Assembly (NCBI GenBank): GCA_037134655.1
Contig: JBAXLR010000003.1
Coordinates: 1-46,475 of the forward strand
Origin: a bacterium
GTDB taxonomy: Bacteria > Bdellovibrionota_B > Oligoflexia > Oligoflexales > RGVZ01
Direction of reading: 5' to 3'
Length of the DNA stretch: 46,475 bases
Under the pieces are notes generated by a model. It searched no databases. It saw only the letters and a program-made list of their open reading frames with translations, and had not been told where the DNA came from. Below, piece by piece: positions 1 through 10,875 of the stretch (position 1 is the first letter of the stretch; the number at the start of each line of letters is the position of its first letter). A program made the translations under genes and the position numbers.

Positions 1-426
1 CGCATCTTGGTCCCCAGCACTTTGAATCTCATCACGGTAATTATGGTAAACGTCTTTTATATTTCGCAGCCACTCATCCAAAACTCCAAAACGTTGCTTT
101 GTCATAGCTGCACGGATACCGCCACACCCATAATGCCCGCAAACGATAATATGCTGAACCTTCAAGACTTCCACCGCGTAATGCAAAACACTTTGCAAGT
201 TAACATCCGTATGCAGAACAAGATTTGCGATGTTCCTATGGGCAAAAATATCACCTGGCTTGGTACCGGTGATTTCCTCGGCAGGGACGCGGGAGTCAGA
301 ACAACCCACCCACAAAAACTCAGGATTTTGATCTTTGGTCAGTTCGGTAAAGTAGTCTTTATCGATCTGCAACCGTTCTTGTACCCATGCCTTATTAGCC
401 AAAAGAAGGGCTTTGTAACTCTCCAT
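1..426 (-). CDS. can: beta-class carbonic anhydrase (first 142 codons; 3-prime end lies beyond the window edge)
   Basis: Absent from the ORF track because there is no stop inside the window. Reverse-strand translation from ATG 426-424 gives [108 protein letters not shown]... This is colinear with E. coli Can (from memory), including the CSDSR and HxxCGG zinc-ligand motifs. The + ORF 7..459 is its antisense shadow. Confidence 0.9.
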   Translation of the reverse strand, partial: MESYKALLLANKAWVQERLQIDKDYFTELTKDQNPEFLWVGCSDSRVPAEEITGTKPGDIFAHRNIANLVLHTDVNLQSVLHYAVEVLKVQHIIVCGHYGCGGIRAAMTKQRFGVLDEWLRNIKDVYHNYRDEIQSAGDQDA

Positions 427-2002
427 TTTTTCCGCCGAATTTTAAACGTTTTGATCTAAGATTTTTCCAAGTTACCTTGATGTCTCTTGTCTCTGAAAAT
501 TCAATAAAATCCTTAACCTGCTCAAGAATATCAAAATCAATGAATTGAGCCCCTGCACCGTCAATAATCACCGAACATCCATTTGGTAAATCGGCTAAAA
601 TCTTCTTGAGACGAGGCTTATGTGTAAAAGCAACATCCTTGCAAAATCGAATCAGATACTGGTCGCCATCGTTGACCGTCGTGATCACCGAGCTAGTGTT
701 CATGCGGTAAACAATGGCCAGCCCGACGATCAGGCCAATTCCAACCCCCGTGAGAAGATCGCTAAACACCACCGCAACAAGTGTCACAGCAAACGGTATG
801 AACTGCTCTAAGCCAAGCATCCATACGGATTTGATCAGCTTCAAACTGACGAGCTTGTATCCTATCGCAATCAATACAACCGCTAATGCCGCCAGTGGTA
901 TTTGATTTAGAACCGTCGTAAAAAGTAGAACAAATATAAGCATGAAGAGACCATGAAAGAAAGAAGATAATCTCGACTTTGCTCCTGCATAAATATTTGC
1001 TGAACTACGAACAATCACCGACGTCATAACTAGGCCACCCAAACAACCGGAGACTATATTGCCTAAACCCTGGGCCAAAAGTTCCCGATTGCCGTCAGAT
1101 GTCCGTCGATCTGGATCCATACGATCCACAGCTTCAATTGACAAAAGAGTCTCAAGACTGCCAATGGCGGCTACCACTGCAGCCATGGACCATGTTTTCA
1201 TCTCACGAATGACGGTAAAATCAGGCGCCAGCATCGCAGCTTTTAATTCTGAAATGTTACGAAGATTTGGAACATTAACCATATGGCTTGAACCCGGAGT
1301 CAAAGCATACTGTGGAAACCATTTGGCCAAAGACATGTTGGCAACAACCCCTACGATCACGACCATTAGTGGGGCAGGAATAAATTTTAGAAGTTTTGAA
1401 TCCTTGATTTGCCTTCGCCCCCACAGCCAGTGCGTTAAAAAACCCAGGATGGCTACTATAATGGCACCTTCAGCTAGGTGCTCAAGTGATTCAGCAATCG
1501 CATAAAAAGTATTACTGTGGTCGAACGTTTGAAAAAAACTTTCGTCACCCTCATAATCCGAGTCCCAGCCAAGGGCATGAGGGATTTGTTTGAAGATGAT
1601 GGTTAGCCCAATTGCAGCCAGCATTCCCTTGATCACACTGTTGGGAAAAAATGCCGCCAGCGACCCACTGCGTAGTATTGAGAATAGAATCTGAAATATG
1701 CCGCTTAAAATCGTGACCGCTAGGAATGCTTCAAATGATCCCATCAAAGAGATTCCGGCAGCCACGGTCACAGAAAGCCCAGCAGCAGGACCACTGACGC
1801 TGAGCTCGCTTCCAGAGATCCAGGAAACTACGATTCCGGCCACAACACCACTAACAAGACCTGCCACCACTGGAGCCCCTGAGGCTAGGGAAATACCCAT
1901 ACACAGCGGAAGAGCCACCAAGAAAACCACAAAACCAGCCAAAATATCGGAGCGAAGGCCTCCGGCCATAACTTCAACACGTTTAGTGATTTGGGTATAC
2001 AT
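395..2002 (-). CDS. SulP/SLC26-family anion (sulfate/bicarbonate) transporter with C-terminal STAS domain
   Basis: 535-aa ORF with ATG start. Many hydrophobic spans ([39 protein letters not shown] and others) are followed by a soluble STAS-like tail ([54 protein letters not shown]). The 3-prime end overlaps the carbonic anhydrase start by 32 nt. Confidence 0.9.
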   Translation of the reverse strand: MYTQITKRVEVMAGGLRSDILAGFVVFLVALPLCMGISLASGAPVVAGLVSGVVAGIVVSWISGSELSVSGPAAGLSVTVAAGISLMGSFEAFLAVTILSGIFQILFSILRSGSLAAFFPNSVIKGMLAAIGLTIIFKQIPHALGWDSDYEGDESFFQTFDHSNTFYAIAESLEHLAEGAIIVAILGFLTHWLWGRRQIKDSKLLKFIPAPLMVVIVGVVANMSLAKWFPQYALTPGSSHMVNVPNLRNISELKAAMLAPDFTVIREMKTWSMAAVVAAIGSLETLLSIEAVDRMDPDRRTSDGNRELLAQGLGNIVSGCLGGLVMTSVIVRSSANIYAGAKSRLSSFFHGLFMLIFVLLFTTVLNQIPLAALAVVLIAIGYKLVSLKLIKSVWMLGLEQFIPFAVTLVAVVFSDLLTGVGIGLIVGLAIVYRMNTSSVITTVNDGDQYLIRFCKDVAFTHKPRLKKILADLPNGCSVIIDGAGAQFIDFDILEQVKDFIEFSETRDIKVTWKNLRSKRLKFGGKNGELQSPSFG

Positions 2003-2044
2003 GAAGCGAACTCTTTTCGAATAACTTTTAGGCTAGGAACACGG

Positions 2045-2479
2045 TTAATGGGATTGACCGGTTCCACCTAGAAGCTGGTCTGCGAGTTCTTCCAATTTAA
2101 TATTCAGAATCTGGCCACGCAATTGCAATTCGAAGCCTTCACAATCATAATTTGCCCAATCAATCGGCAAGTAAGTCTCCTCGCCACCCGTCAGGAACTC
2201 CTCGATATAGGCGTCGATGTAATCCAGGAGAAAGTTGCGGGCGTCGTCAGCCTTCATATCCTGATCTTCAAATTGAATACGGCCTTCGATAGGATAGAAA
2301 AAAGATTTGTCCGCATTCCGCAGCGTTACTTTAACCGTCACAACGGCCGGCTGGGTCGCAGATACCACCTCAAAAAAACGCTGACCAAGCCATGTGCCGT
2401 ACTTTTTTTCAAAAAGGTTGGCGACTTCCTGGTTTTTCTCAGCCAGAGCTTGTTCATGCGTGGACGGATTCATCTTCAT
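2045..2479 (-). CDS. hypothetical acidic cytoplasmic protein (144 aa)
   Basis: Clean ATG ORF. Its start overlaps the stop of the upstream 473-aa gene by 4 nt, suggesting translational coupling. No motif recognised. Confidence 0.6.
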   Translation of the reverse strand: MKMNPSTHEQALAEKNQEVANLFEKKYGTWLGQRFFEVVSATQPAVVTVKVTLRNADKSFFYPIEGRIQFEDQDMKADDARNFLLDYIDAYIEEFLTGGEETYLPIDWANYDCEGFELQLRGQILNIKLEELADQLLGGTGQSH

Positions 2480-3897
2480 TGCAAGTTCTCTTTTCCTTCA
2501 TCTGTAAATACACGCCGCAAGTCTGCCACGAGCGCATCATAGTCACTGTTGGTCGCAACCGGCCTAAACCGCACCCGCCAAACTTTGTCGTCAGTAATGA
2601 CGTCGTCTTTGACCATTGGGAATCGATTAAAGAGACCTTTCAAAATTTCGACAGATTCGGGCTCCATCTTGCCAGCCAGATTTTTATCAAGCATCCAAAG
2701 TGCCGCGCCAAATTTACCGACACGCCAGTAAAGCTCGACTTTCTTAGCAAGCTTGTCATCTCTTGCCTGTAGTCCTGAAATAGCCTCAAGTCTGATCGCA
2801 TCAAACAGTGACAACGCAAATTTAAAGACAACTTTTGGATATTCTGTGAACAAAACCTCAATAGCCTTTGACTCGTCGCCTTTAGACAGGACTTCAAGCC
2901 CAAATGACGACATGCACTTCACTTGCTTCAAAAGACTGGTAAGGCCTGCGACATCGTCAGACTCCACCTGACAAGCAGCCGAAACTGCGTTGGCCAGGTA
3001 AGCAAAACCTTTTTGTACGTTTTCAACCGCAACCGAATCGGCCATGCCTGAGGTTGTTGCTAGACGCAGAACCGAGTCGAGAAATAAAACTTTTTTGTCG
3101 TCTTTCTTTGTAAGCGTCGTCGAGACTGGACGATGAACTCCACTCCACTTATCAAGAAGATCCTTGCCCGCCGCAAAGGGAGCAAAAAGCTCAAGGCTTT
3201 CTTCTGTGGAGACAAATCCGTCTTCCTCAAGCCGAGCATCACGGAATTGTTTGAGCAGAGCTTCTTGTTCATTGGGAGGCAGCATGGCTGACATGCCAAG
3301 TAGTGAATAAATATAGGCGGCATCTTCGGAGATGGAAGCCCCAATTAATGAGGACACAAATTCCTGTACCTTCTCATCCCCGCCTTTGACCTTCCACCAG
3401 AGGGTGTTGCACGGTAAGGCAGTAAATCGATCTTGTTCCTCTTGGGGTAATTTCTCAAAAGCCTCTTCATCCACCATCTCAATGTAGGGATTTAAAAAGG
3501 CGACTTGATACTCTTCATCAAGTTGGCGAAATCTCTTATAAAGCTGCTCAGGCCCAAGATGCTTATAAAGGTCAAGCCAGCGGATAGCCTGATGAACGGC
3601 CAAGTGTCCGTCCCGCCATGCCTCATTATCGATAATGCTGACAAACTGCTCGTCAGATAATAGAGGAAGGACATCCAGTGCCTCCTCGGCACCAGCCGCC
3701 ACAATGGCCAAATACATGTCCCGCCTGGGTACCGCGTGGGCCAAGGCTTCTGGGTCTTCGCCATGAAGAATCGCGTTGAGATCCACGGTAGTAGTTAACT
3801 GACTGTTTTTACTGGAGAACGGATCTCTCCAAACGAGCGAGCGCCACCCGCTGTCTAGGGAGCGAATAAGGGCCTCTTCAGATAGACGATCCGACAT
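2476..3897 (-). CDS. hypothetical protein (473 aa), probable operon with 2045..2479
   Basis: Long ATG ORF that dominates all overlapping frames. Soluble, helical-looking composition. No catalytic motif recognised. Confidence 0.65.
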   Translation of the reverse strand: MSDRLSEEALIRSLDSGWRSLVWRDPFSSKNSQLTTTVDLNAILHGEDPEALAHAVPRRDMYLAIVAAGAEEALDVLPLLSDEQFVSIIDNEAWRDGHLAVHQAIRWLDLYKHLGPEQLYKRFRQLDEEYQVAFLNPYIEMVDEEAFEKLPQEEQDRFTALPCNTLWWKVKGGDEKVQEFVSSLIGASISEDAAYIYSLLGMSAMLPPNEQEALLKQFRDARLEEDGFVSTEESLELFAPFAAGKDLLDKWSGVHRPVSTTLTKKDDKKVLFLDSVLRLATTSGMADSVAVENVQKGFAYLANAVSAACQVESDDVAGLTSLLKQVKCMSSFGLEVLSKGDESKAIEVLFTEYPKVVFKFALSLFDAIRLEAISGLQARDDKLAKKVELYWRVGKFGAALWMLDKNLAGKMEPESVEILKGLFNRFPMVKDDVITDDKVWRVRFRPVATNSDYDALVADLRRVFTDEGKENLQ

Positions 3898-4079
3898 AAT
3901 AAAAACCCTCCCTAAATGGTCCCAACAGCGCCGCTGCTTCTACCAGAATCAGGGCCTGATCGCAACTTTTTTAATCACTTGTAAGGGGGCGGATGAATTA
4001 ATGATTCCCTAAAATTGGCAATTCGAGTTATAACGCCGCTCGATACCAAAGGCCCACTAGCTAGGGAGACCTCAATACC

Positions 4080-5135
4080 TTGTCTGAGGCAACTGTCACA
4101 AGCCAAGCAAAAGCTCCACTCGGTCAAGCACCGATGACTGACGTTACGTGCGACCAGAAACAATTAATCGACTCTGCCTTAGCACCGGTTGCTGCTGAAC
4201 TTTCTGATCTTGCACCACACCTCACCACTCTACTACGAGCAAAGACGGTCTCAGGTCGCCACATCATCGAGCACATTCTCGGTGCTGGCGGTAAACGAGT
4301 CAGACCTGGTCTTTACTTCTTTGCTAGTAAACTAGTCGGTTACGCAGGTGAGCATTTACTCCCCATGGCAGCGGTTTGTGAATACGTGCACACGGCAAGC
4401 CTTCTCCATGATGACGTCATCGATAACAGTACCCTTCGCCGCGGAAAACCCACGCCCAATAAAATTTGGGGCGATGAATCAGCAGTCCTTGTTGGTGATC
4501 TTATTTATTCCAGAGCCAGTGAGCTGATGGCTGACACCGGAAGCCTTGAGATTGTTCGTTTGTTTGCCAGAGCTATCAGGCTCATGAGTGACGGCGAGCT
4601 CTTGCAGCTTGAGCATCTCTATAATCCTTCCATGCAAGAGACTGCCTACTACGAAATCATTGAAAATAAAACGGCGGTACTACTGTCAGCAGTTTGTAAG
4701 GCTCCTGCAATTCTTGCAGACTCTGGCACAAAGGCAGAGGCTGACCTGAGTGAATTTGGTCGTTGCGTCGGCTTTGCCTTCCAACTCCTGGATGATGCCT
4801 TAGACTACGCAAGTAGTGATCAGATCTTTGGCAAGAAAACCTTGGCTGACCTGCCAGAGGGTAAAGTTACGCTCCCAGTAATCTTACTTAAACAATATGC
4901 GAACGCCCAAGAACTGTCTTTTGTGGAAAACCTGATCAACAGTGAAGAAATCTCCCGTGACTCCATGCTAAAGGTGCTAGAACTTGTAAACAAATATGAC
5001 ACGGCCGGAAAAACCTTGGAAGAAGCCTCCAAGTGGACTGACAGAGCGCTGCAATCTCTTAATAATTTTCCGGCTGGCCAAAGCAGGTCTGAACTTGAGA
5101 CCTTAGCACGCCGTCTACTCATGCGATTTAACTAA
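4080..5135 (+). CDS. ispB: trans-polyprenyl diphosphate synthase (IspB-like long-chain type; chain length not inferable)
   Basis: First and second Asp-rich motifs are present: LLHDDVIDNSTLRRGKPT and FQLLDDALDY. The track uses a TTG start at 4080; an ATG at 4134 is an alternative. Confidence 0.88.
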   Translation: MSEATVTSQAKAPLGQAPMTDVTCDQKQLIDSALAPVAAELSDLAPHLTTLLRAKTVSGRHIIEHILGAGGKRVRPGLYFFASKLVGYAGEHLLPMAAVCEYVHTASLLHDDVIDNSTLRRGKPTPNKIWGDESAVLVGDLIYSRASELMADTGSLEIVRLFARAIRLMSDGELLQLEHLYNPSMQETAYYEIIENKTAVLLSAVCKAPAILADSGTKAEADLSEFGRCVGFAFQLLDDALDYASSDQIFGKKTLADLPEGKVTLPVILLKQYANAQELSFVENLINSEEISRDSMLKVLELVNKYDTAGKTLEEASKWTDRALQSLNNFPAGQSRSELETLARRLLMRFN

Positions 5136-5152
5136 AAGGGAGCGGCCCTGCG

Positions 5153-6469
5153 TTGATTAAAAATCACGTCGTAAGCGACTCACTAAAGCATTTAAAGAAT
5201 TTCGATAGCCAGTGGCAGGGATGGTCACTCGGCAACGGACTTCGATGTCTTCACATTCCGCTTCCCGATAACGATCCAAGATACCAAGTGACCCTCCTTG
5301 TGGGTACGGGAAGCCGTGATGAACCCGCAGGAATCGCAGGGGTTAGTCACCTCCTTGAACACATGATGTTCCGGGGCTCTTCAAAGTATCCGTCTTTTTC
5401 CGAGCTAAGTGTCGCGTTTGAAAGCTTAGGTGGAGAATGGAATGCTGCCACTGGGCATGAATACACGGAGTTTTTCTATAATGGCCCCGCAGGACACGTG
5501 GAAGAGTCCATGGCCTTATTCTCTGACTTCATTCTAAAACCGACTCTCAATGATCTAGAAACGGAACGCCGAATCGTTCAACGCGAACTCGAAGGTGAAC
5601 TCAATGAGCAGGGCGTAAGCACTGATCCTGACTATCATATCGCTAACCGTGTCTGGCCAAATACTTCTATGGCGCAGCCCATCATCGGCACCATGGATTC
5701 ATTGAACGCCATCAAAATAGAAAACATTACAGCTTGGCTAAAAGATCACTACGCTCCAAAAAACGCCGTCCTTTGCGTGGTTGGTGGTAACGTTTCTGAA
5801 CTCAAAAAACTGGTAGAAAAACATTTTGGCAGTTGGACGTCCGCATCAAAAGCAAACCACCGCTCAGTTCTTAAGACCGCCTATAAAGGACCTGAAATAT
5901 TTTGGATTGAAAACAGTGATAACGAATTTCAAGTTCAGCTCACTTATCTGTGCGAGGGAACTGGAAGCCCAAAAACTCCAGTCTATGAATTACTGACCAG
6001 AGTCCTAGCCGACGGCTTTAGCAGCCGTCTCACAAAACGTATCAGAGAAGAACTTGGACTGGTCTATGACATCAGCGCCAATCTTCATCAGTACTATGGC
6101 CAAGGCATGGTCAATATCACGGCCAGCGTCACAGAGGAAAATCTGCAGGATTTCTTCAAAGAAGTATTTGCGGTTTTAAAAATCATCGCTGAAAAAGATA
6201 TTCCTTCTGAAGAACTTGAACGTCACAAGCTCAGAGCCATCACTGACCTTCAGTTAACCACATCTGAACCGACAGCATTGGCCTGGCGAGGAGCGTGGGG
6301 ACTGCTCTCTGAAACTGAATACCGTCTGTCTGTTTTGGCAGAGCAAATGAATGCCATCACCGCATCACAACTAAAATCGGCTGCTGCCGAAATCTTTAAG
6401 CCCAAAAATCTTTGCATTACAGGCCTCGGGCCAAAGAACTTCACAAAAGAAAACTACTGCTTAATATGA
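5153..6469 (+). CDS. M16 (pitrilysin/insulinase) family zinc metallopeptidase
   Basis: Inverted zinc motif HxxEH (SHLLEHMMFRGS) near the N-terminus, with the two-domain length typical of M16. TTG start follows AAGGGAG. Confidence 0.85.
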   Translation: MIKNHVVSDSLKHLKNFDSQWQGWSLGNGLRCLHIPLPDNDPRYQVTLLVGTGSRDEPAGIAGVSHLLEHMMFRGSSKYPSFSELSVAFESLGGEWNAATGHEYTEFFYNGPAGHVEESMALFSDFILKPTLNDLETERRIVQRELEGELNEQGVSTDPDYHIANRVWPNTSMAQPIIGTMDSLNAIKIENITAWLKDHYAPKNAVLCVVGGNVSELKKLVEKHFGSWTSASKANHRSVLKTAYKGPEIFWIENSDNEFQVQLTYLCEGTGSPKTPVYELLTRVLADGFSSRLTKRIREELGLVYDISANLHQYYGQGMVNITASVTEENLQDFFKEVFAVLKIIAEKDIPSEELERHKLRAITDLQLTTSEPTALAWRGAWGLLSETEYRLSVLAEQMNAITASQLKSAAAEIFKPKNLCITGLGPKNFTKENYCLI

Positions 6470-8961
6470 ATCTTGACAGATTTAATATCACCCAGAGATT
6501 CGCCTTTAATTTGTGTTATCTTGATATCGATTGCCTCAACGAATTTATTTTTACAAGACGGAATGTCTAGAAGAGTTTTCTCTCCGGCTTTTGCCACAAC
6601 AGGAATCTCTTGATAATCACCCTTCGAGGAATCGTCTTCATAGCATCGCGCCTCAAGCTTCATCCCCTTCCACTCATCCGACGTTTCCGCCAATTTAATC
6701 CACTCAAAATAACTCTCAATCAAGGTGTCGGCGCGAAGGTCCGTCATACCTCTCTTAGCATAGCCCGGAATATCCTTAATTTTGACAGTTTGCTCAGACT
6801 CCCTTGTATAGAGAGTCGCACCGGTAAAGTCGACGTACATGTAGGGATCGCCATCAATCTTCGTCAAAGGCAAAGCATCGATACCCTTTGTGACATCCGC
6901 TGGATCTTTGAGGCTAAAAATTCGGACGCGCGTCGGATTAGAGCGACTAAGGCCTACGACACGCCCATCTTTTAAGGCACTGATTGGCCCAATCGTACCC
7001 ATACGATCCGAGTCGCCTGCCACGGGTGGAACTTCTGCAAAATGGTAATCTTTATCAGTGCAGTTGGGCTCAGTCGTCAGGCATTTTCTTTTGATTACCG
7101 CAATTTTATTTGAATTCCTTGACACCCAAATGGTGTCGGAAATTTTTTCATAAGCCATCGTATACGTGAGATTACCCTCGCCTACTGTCGACCCCGCAAA
7201 GGGCGGAAGGATGGCATCTCTATCTGCGTTATAAATATTTCCATCAGGATCACCCGCGACAGCGTAGGATCCCTTTACAGAGCTGACGCTAATAGCAAAA
7301 GATTTTAATACAGGGTTATTTTGAACAAATTTAGCATTGGGCACGATGGCATCAAGATTAACCTCTTTGTGCGTGGTAAGATCTACAGCAGCAGCTCGTG
7401 TCGATGTAGAGTCCGCAGCAAGAAGAAGCTTCGGTCCTACAGCCGCCCATTGAGAATAAAAAATCTTCTTTCTCTGATTGATGTTACAGCTGTAACCCCA
7501 GCCATTTCCTTCGAGGGGTGGATTATATGCTCTTACGGTCTTTTCGTCACCGCGGGCCCCATCGATTTGCCGTAAAGGAATCTTGCTCAGATCATCCCAC
7601 AGCGGGCTATAGGGGCGCGTATCCGCCATTGGAATTTCATAGTATCTACCGGCGCCGAACGCGGCGATCATGAAGCGTTGATCATTTTTGAGATAGGAAG
7701 CAAGGCAGATTCGAATGTCATCTCTTTTTCTTGATGGGTCAGAAATATCTTTCTTCCCGGCAGCTGGAATAGGCCCTTCAGGCATGTTCTCGGGATCAAT
7801 AAAGTATACGAAAGGATACTTTCCAATCAGAATACCGCCTTCTGTGACATAAGTTCGAAGGCCTAAATCGTAAACGTATGAATCAACACCACTCCATTTC
7901 TTGTGCTGGAGAATTTTATCTCCTTCAAGTTGCAGCCAGTGTGCCATGCCGGTTTGGGCGGTGAACTTTCCTGTGATTTTACCACCATGAACATTATAAG
8001 TTTGATTCGTTCTCGTCTTCGTGAAAAACTGATAAGTCAAATTACTATTGGTCGCACCATTAGAATGTTTGATCGCCCGATCAATGGTTATGGTTTTCGA
8101 ATTGACATCGACACTAGATACTACGGCCCTTCCTGGACAAGGTGATTCACAAGCTATGCGAAGGCCCGGGCCGTCTATCATCATACCGGCTACGATCCCA
8201 GCCACATCCCCACCAGATAATTGGTTACTGTTGTGAGCTGAAGAAAAGCCCTTGCGTATTTTAATCTGGTGAGCAAAAAACTTATTGAGAACTATGATAC
8301 GATTGCCTGTCACGGGATGGGGACTGCGGATCTCCGTGATTGTGGCGACACCAATACAATCTTTTGTTGTAGTCCCAGGATCCTCACATTCTTTGTCTAA
8401 ACCGGGCCCTGAAATGGTCATTCCGGGGAGCAAAGAAGAAACATCGGTTGTTGCCGGCACATCAAGCCAATGCTGTGAACTGTCGGAGGTTTGCCCAATT
8501 ATACTTAAAATAATCGGCGCATTTATGCTTTTAATTCCCCCCTTAATCGTTAAGGTCTTCGCCGCCGCATCAATTGCAGTAATGGCGGCAATGGGATAGT
8601 CCGGACAGTCGGAAACTTCGGTACTCGGATCATCGCAGTCTGTGTCAATACCAGGACCAGACAGCTTCATTCCAACAGTCACTTGACCGACGTCATCAAC
8701 CCTGACTTGCTGAGAGCCTTGCTCTGTGTCAGCACTATCCCAGGTCTTGACGGCATTCTGCTGGCGTGTGACTACCCAAAGATTTAGTTTTTTTGTTGTC
8801 TCAATTGATTTTTCACCCGAGGCAACCACTCGCTGATCCCGTGCAGCTATTTTTGCGCCACCGCCAAATTTCGCTTTGTTACAGGCCGAGAAAACGGAGG
8901 CGAAAGCCAAACCGAGCATGAGATGGTTTATTTTTATCTTGCAAGCCAGAAACGCCACCAC
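6454..8961 (-). CDS. large secreted lipoprotein (835 aa) with three Cys-containing ~55-aa N-terminal repeats
   Basis: GTG start preceded by GAGAGG. Signal peptide plus lipobox (KIKINHLMLGLAFASVFSAC). Three repeats of the pattern GMxxxGPGxDxxCxDP...DC...I. The rest is unassigned. Convergent 16-nt overlap with the M16 gene. Confidence 0.7.
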   Translation of the reverse strand: MVAFLACKIKINHLMLGLAFASVFSACNKAKFGGGAKIAARDQRVVASGEKSIETTKKLNLWVVTRQQNAVKTWDSADTEQGSQQVRVDDVGQVTVGMKLSGPGIDTDCDDPSTEVSDCPDYPIAAITAIDAAAKTLTIKGGIKSINAPIILSIIGQTSDSSQHWLDVPATTDVSSLLPGMTISGPGLDKECEDPGTTTKDCIGVATITEIRSPHPVTGNRIIVLNKFFAHQIKIRKGFSSAHNSNQLSGGDVAGIVAGMMIDGPGLRIACESPCPGRAVVSSVDVNSKTITIDRAIKHSNGATNSNLTYQFFTKTRTNQTYNVHGGKITGKFTAQTGMAHWLQLEGDKILQHKKWSGVDSYVYDLGLRTYVTEGGILIGKYPFVYFIDPENMPEGPIPAAGKKDISDPSRKRDDIRICLASYLKNDQRFMIAAFGAGRYYEIPMADTRPYSPLWDDLSKIPLRQIDGARGDEKTVRAYNPPLEGNGWGYSCNINQRKKIFYSQWAAVGPKLLLAADSTSTRAAAVDLTTHKEVNLDAIVPNAKFVQNNPVLKSFAISVSSVKGSYAVAGDPDGNIYNADRDAILPPFAGSTVGEGNLTYTMAYEKISDTIWVSRNSNKIAVIKRKCLTTEPNCTDKDYHFAEVPPVAGDSDRMGTIGPISALKDGRVVGLSRSNPTRVRIFSLKDPADVTKGIDALPLTKIDGDPYMYVDFTGATLYTRESEQTVKIKDIPGYAKRGMTDLRADTLIESYFEWIKLAETSDEWKGMKLEARCYEDDSSKGDYQEIPVVAKAGEKTLLDIPSCKNKFVEAIDIKITQIKGESLGDIKSVKIHIKQ

Positions 8962-8973
8962 AGGAACCTCTCA

Positions 8974-9513
8974 CTAAAAGTTATGGATAATTAACCGTGC
9001 ACTATGGAAATCCGAATAAAGTCTGACCCAGTTAGTTTTCTCCTGAGAGTCGATGGTGACGGATGCGGCTGAATTCAAAAGAGCAGCAAACTCTTTTTCA
9101 CAAATTATAATCGACTGCTCGATACGAGACTTTGCCTCTGAGAGATCATTGAGTGAATTCTCGCACTTTGATTTAGCGTTATAGTCGGTGATTTCTTTAA
9201 ATGTGCGGGATACAGCTGTACTCTTGGCAGGCGCTTTTAGGGAAGCTCCGATAACAGAGATTTTTTCAAAAGGATTTTGTGGACCATCTGAAGCCGTGCT
9301 AGCGTGAGATTTTTTTTGCTCAAAACTGATGATTGTAAACTCAGGGACGATCAAATTTAAATTTGTTACTTTTTCTTGAAACGATAAAGGGATGGTCGAC
9401 GACTTTTGACCCTCTACTGCAAATGTCACATCCCGCTGGTTTTTTCTGTCGAGGCCGCAGGAGAAACATAAAATCACCAATGTATAACAATAGAACTTTT
9501 GCCCTAAAATCAT
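8974..9513 (-). CDS. hypothetical lipoprotein (179 aa)
   Basis: N-terminal hydrophobic segment ending in a lipobox (LVILCFSCG). No other motif. Confidence 0.6.
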   Translation of the reverse strand: MILGQKFYCYTLVILCFSCGLDRKNQRDVTFAVEGQKSSTIPLSFQEKVTNLNLIVPEFTIISFEQKKSHASTASDGPQNPFEKISVIGASLKAPAKSTAVSRTFKEITDYNAKSKCENSLNDLSEAKSRIEQSIIICEKEFAALLNSAASVTIDSQEKTNWVRLYSDFHSARLIIHNF

Positions 9514-9785
9514 AGCCGTATCCCCAAAGTCTTTAAGTTGGTATCGGAGACCAGGCCGGGATCTTTAAGATCTCTCGACCATTGATTGATTAAATCAATA
9601 ATTACGGATGCTTAAAGAGTGCCTACCGTCTGATATTATTTGATCGCCAAAGGTTTCTAGAAAGGCCACCCATCGGCAAAAAAATTTCAGGCTACCTACT
9701 CTACCACCCTCATGCACCAAAGTGAGACTGGGGCGGTTGTCACTCCCGTGGATCCGCCATCGATGGCTTGTTGCTCGAGAACAAT

Positions 9786-9814
9786 CGGGACACCCGACTG
9801 ATTGAGTATTGATT
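9786..9814 (+). repeat. 29-bp direct repeat CGGGACACCCGACTGATTGAGTATTGATT, copy 1 of 3
   Basis: The exact 29-mer recurs at 38748-38776 and 40710-40738. This copy lies in the intergenic gap at the core/accessory transition. Confidence 0.9.
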
Positions 9815-9821
9815 AATCAGA

Positions 9822-10739
9822 TCAAAGCCTCGATGTTAAAAACTTGATGGCAGCTCCCACTTCCTTGTCGTCAAACAAAAAAGTCGCCACGTGACCAAAG
9901 GTCACTTCAAGATATTCCACATCAACACCTTGGCTTCGAAGTTTATCTACGAGGCGTCTCGACTGGTCCACTTCTACGACCCAGTCGTTCTTACCATGAT
10001 AGAGGAACACTGGTGGCACGCCTTTGCGCACATATGTCATGGGCGAGGCTGCTTTATAGGTCTGAGGAATAACGCTCGGCGGCTGACCGAAAAACTTCTC
10101 GTAGTATTTATTGTAGCTGCCATCGGTCAAATCTGTTGGAGTTCCGCCCACTGCAAGGGCTTTGACCGTAAGTGCCGCCGGTAGTGTTGATAATGGTTCA
10201 CTACCTGGAAACTTAAAAATTTTGGCCGCCGGTGGCTTCGTGTCATCAAGGCCATCTGATGGCAGCGTAAATCCAGCCATCAGAGCTAAATGAGCACCAG
10301 CTGAGTAGCCAATCATGCAAACGCGCTCTGGATCAATGCCAAGCGTTTTAGCGTTACCCTTGAGCCAGCGAATCGCATCTTTTGTATCTAGTACTGGTGC
10401 TGGGAATCGGTGCTCGGGTGCCAGGCGGTAGTTCATATTCATTGCGGCAATGCCTGACTCGGTTAGACGAACCGCCACTGATTCCATGTCTTTTTTGTCA
10501 CCCTTATACCACCCACCGCCGTGGATCACGATGCAGGCAGGAGCTTTTTTATCTCGCGCAAGCTCCTCGCTCAAAGCTGGATGCCAATCAGCCGTAAGCT
10601 TCACACCCGTTCGCTCAGCGAATATAAAATCACGCGTAATTTTTGTTTTGCTTCTCTCAGATGTCGTGGCACAGGCCGACAGCATTAGCAATATAACGAA
10701 GCATAACCTCAGTCGACTTATTGTGAATTCAATACGCAT
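9822..10739 (-). CDS. alpha/beta-hydrolase fold esterase/lipase, lipoprotein
   Basis: Oxyanion HGGG motif (CIVIHGGGWYKGD) and nucleophile elbow GxSxG (IGYSAGAHLA). The preferred start is the internal ATG at 10739, giving MRIEFTISRLRLCFVILLMLSAC (lipobox). The track ORF extends to 10823. Confidence 0.85.
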   Translation of the reverse strand: MRIEFTISRLRLCFVILLMLSACATTSERSKTKITRDFIFAERTGVKLTADWHPALSEELARDKKAPACIVIHGGGWYKGDKKDMESVAVRLTESGIAAMNMNYRLAPEHRFPAPVLDTKDAIRWLKGNAKTLGIDPERVCMIGYSAGAHLALMAGFTLPSDGLDDTKPPAAKIFKFPGSEPLSTLPAALTVKALAVGGTPTDLTDGSYNKYYEKFFGQPPSVIPQTYKAASPMTYVRKGVPPVFLYHGKNDWVVEVDQSRRLVDKLRSQGVDVEYLEVTFGHVATFLFDDKEVGAAIKFLTSRL

Positions 10740-10875
10740 GCGGCCTTCCAAAAAATAGAGACTTGTCATTACTATGACTAAATCATCTAGTATGGGGACA
10801 GTTGAAGCAAGATATTGGAACAAAAAATATTAATTTATGCGTAATTATTGTTGATTTTTTTGGGTGATAGGCCGA

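Noticed and set aside
7-459. 150-aa + strand ORF at the window start
   Set aside because: It is the antisense shadow of the beta-carbonic anhydrase gene, whose minus-strand translation carries unmistakable CA motifs. The + peptide has no recognisable features.
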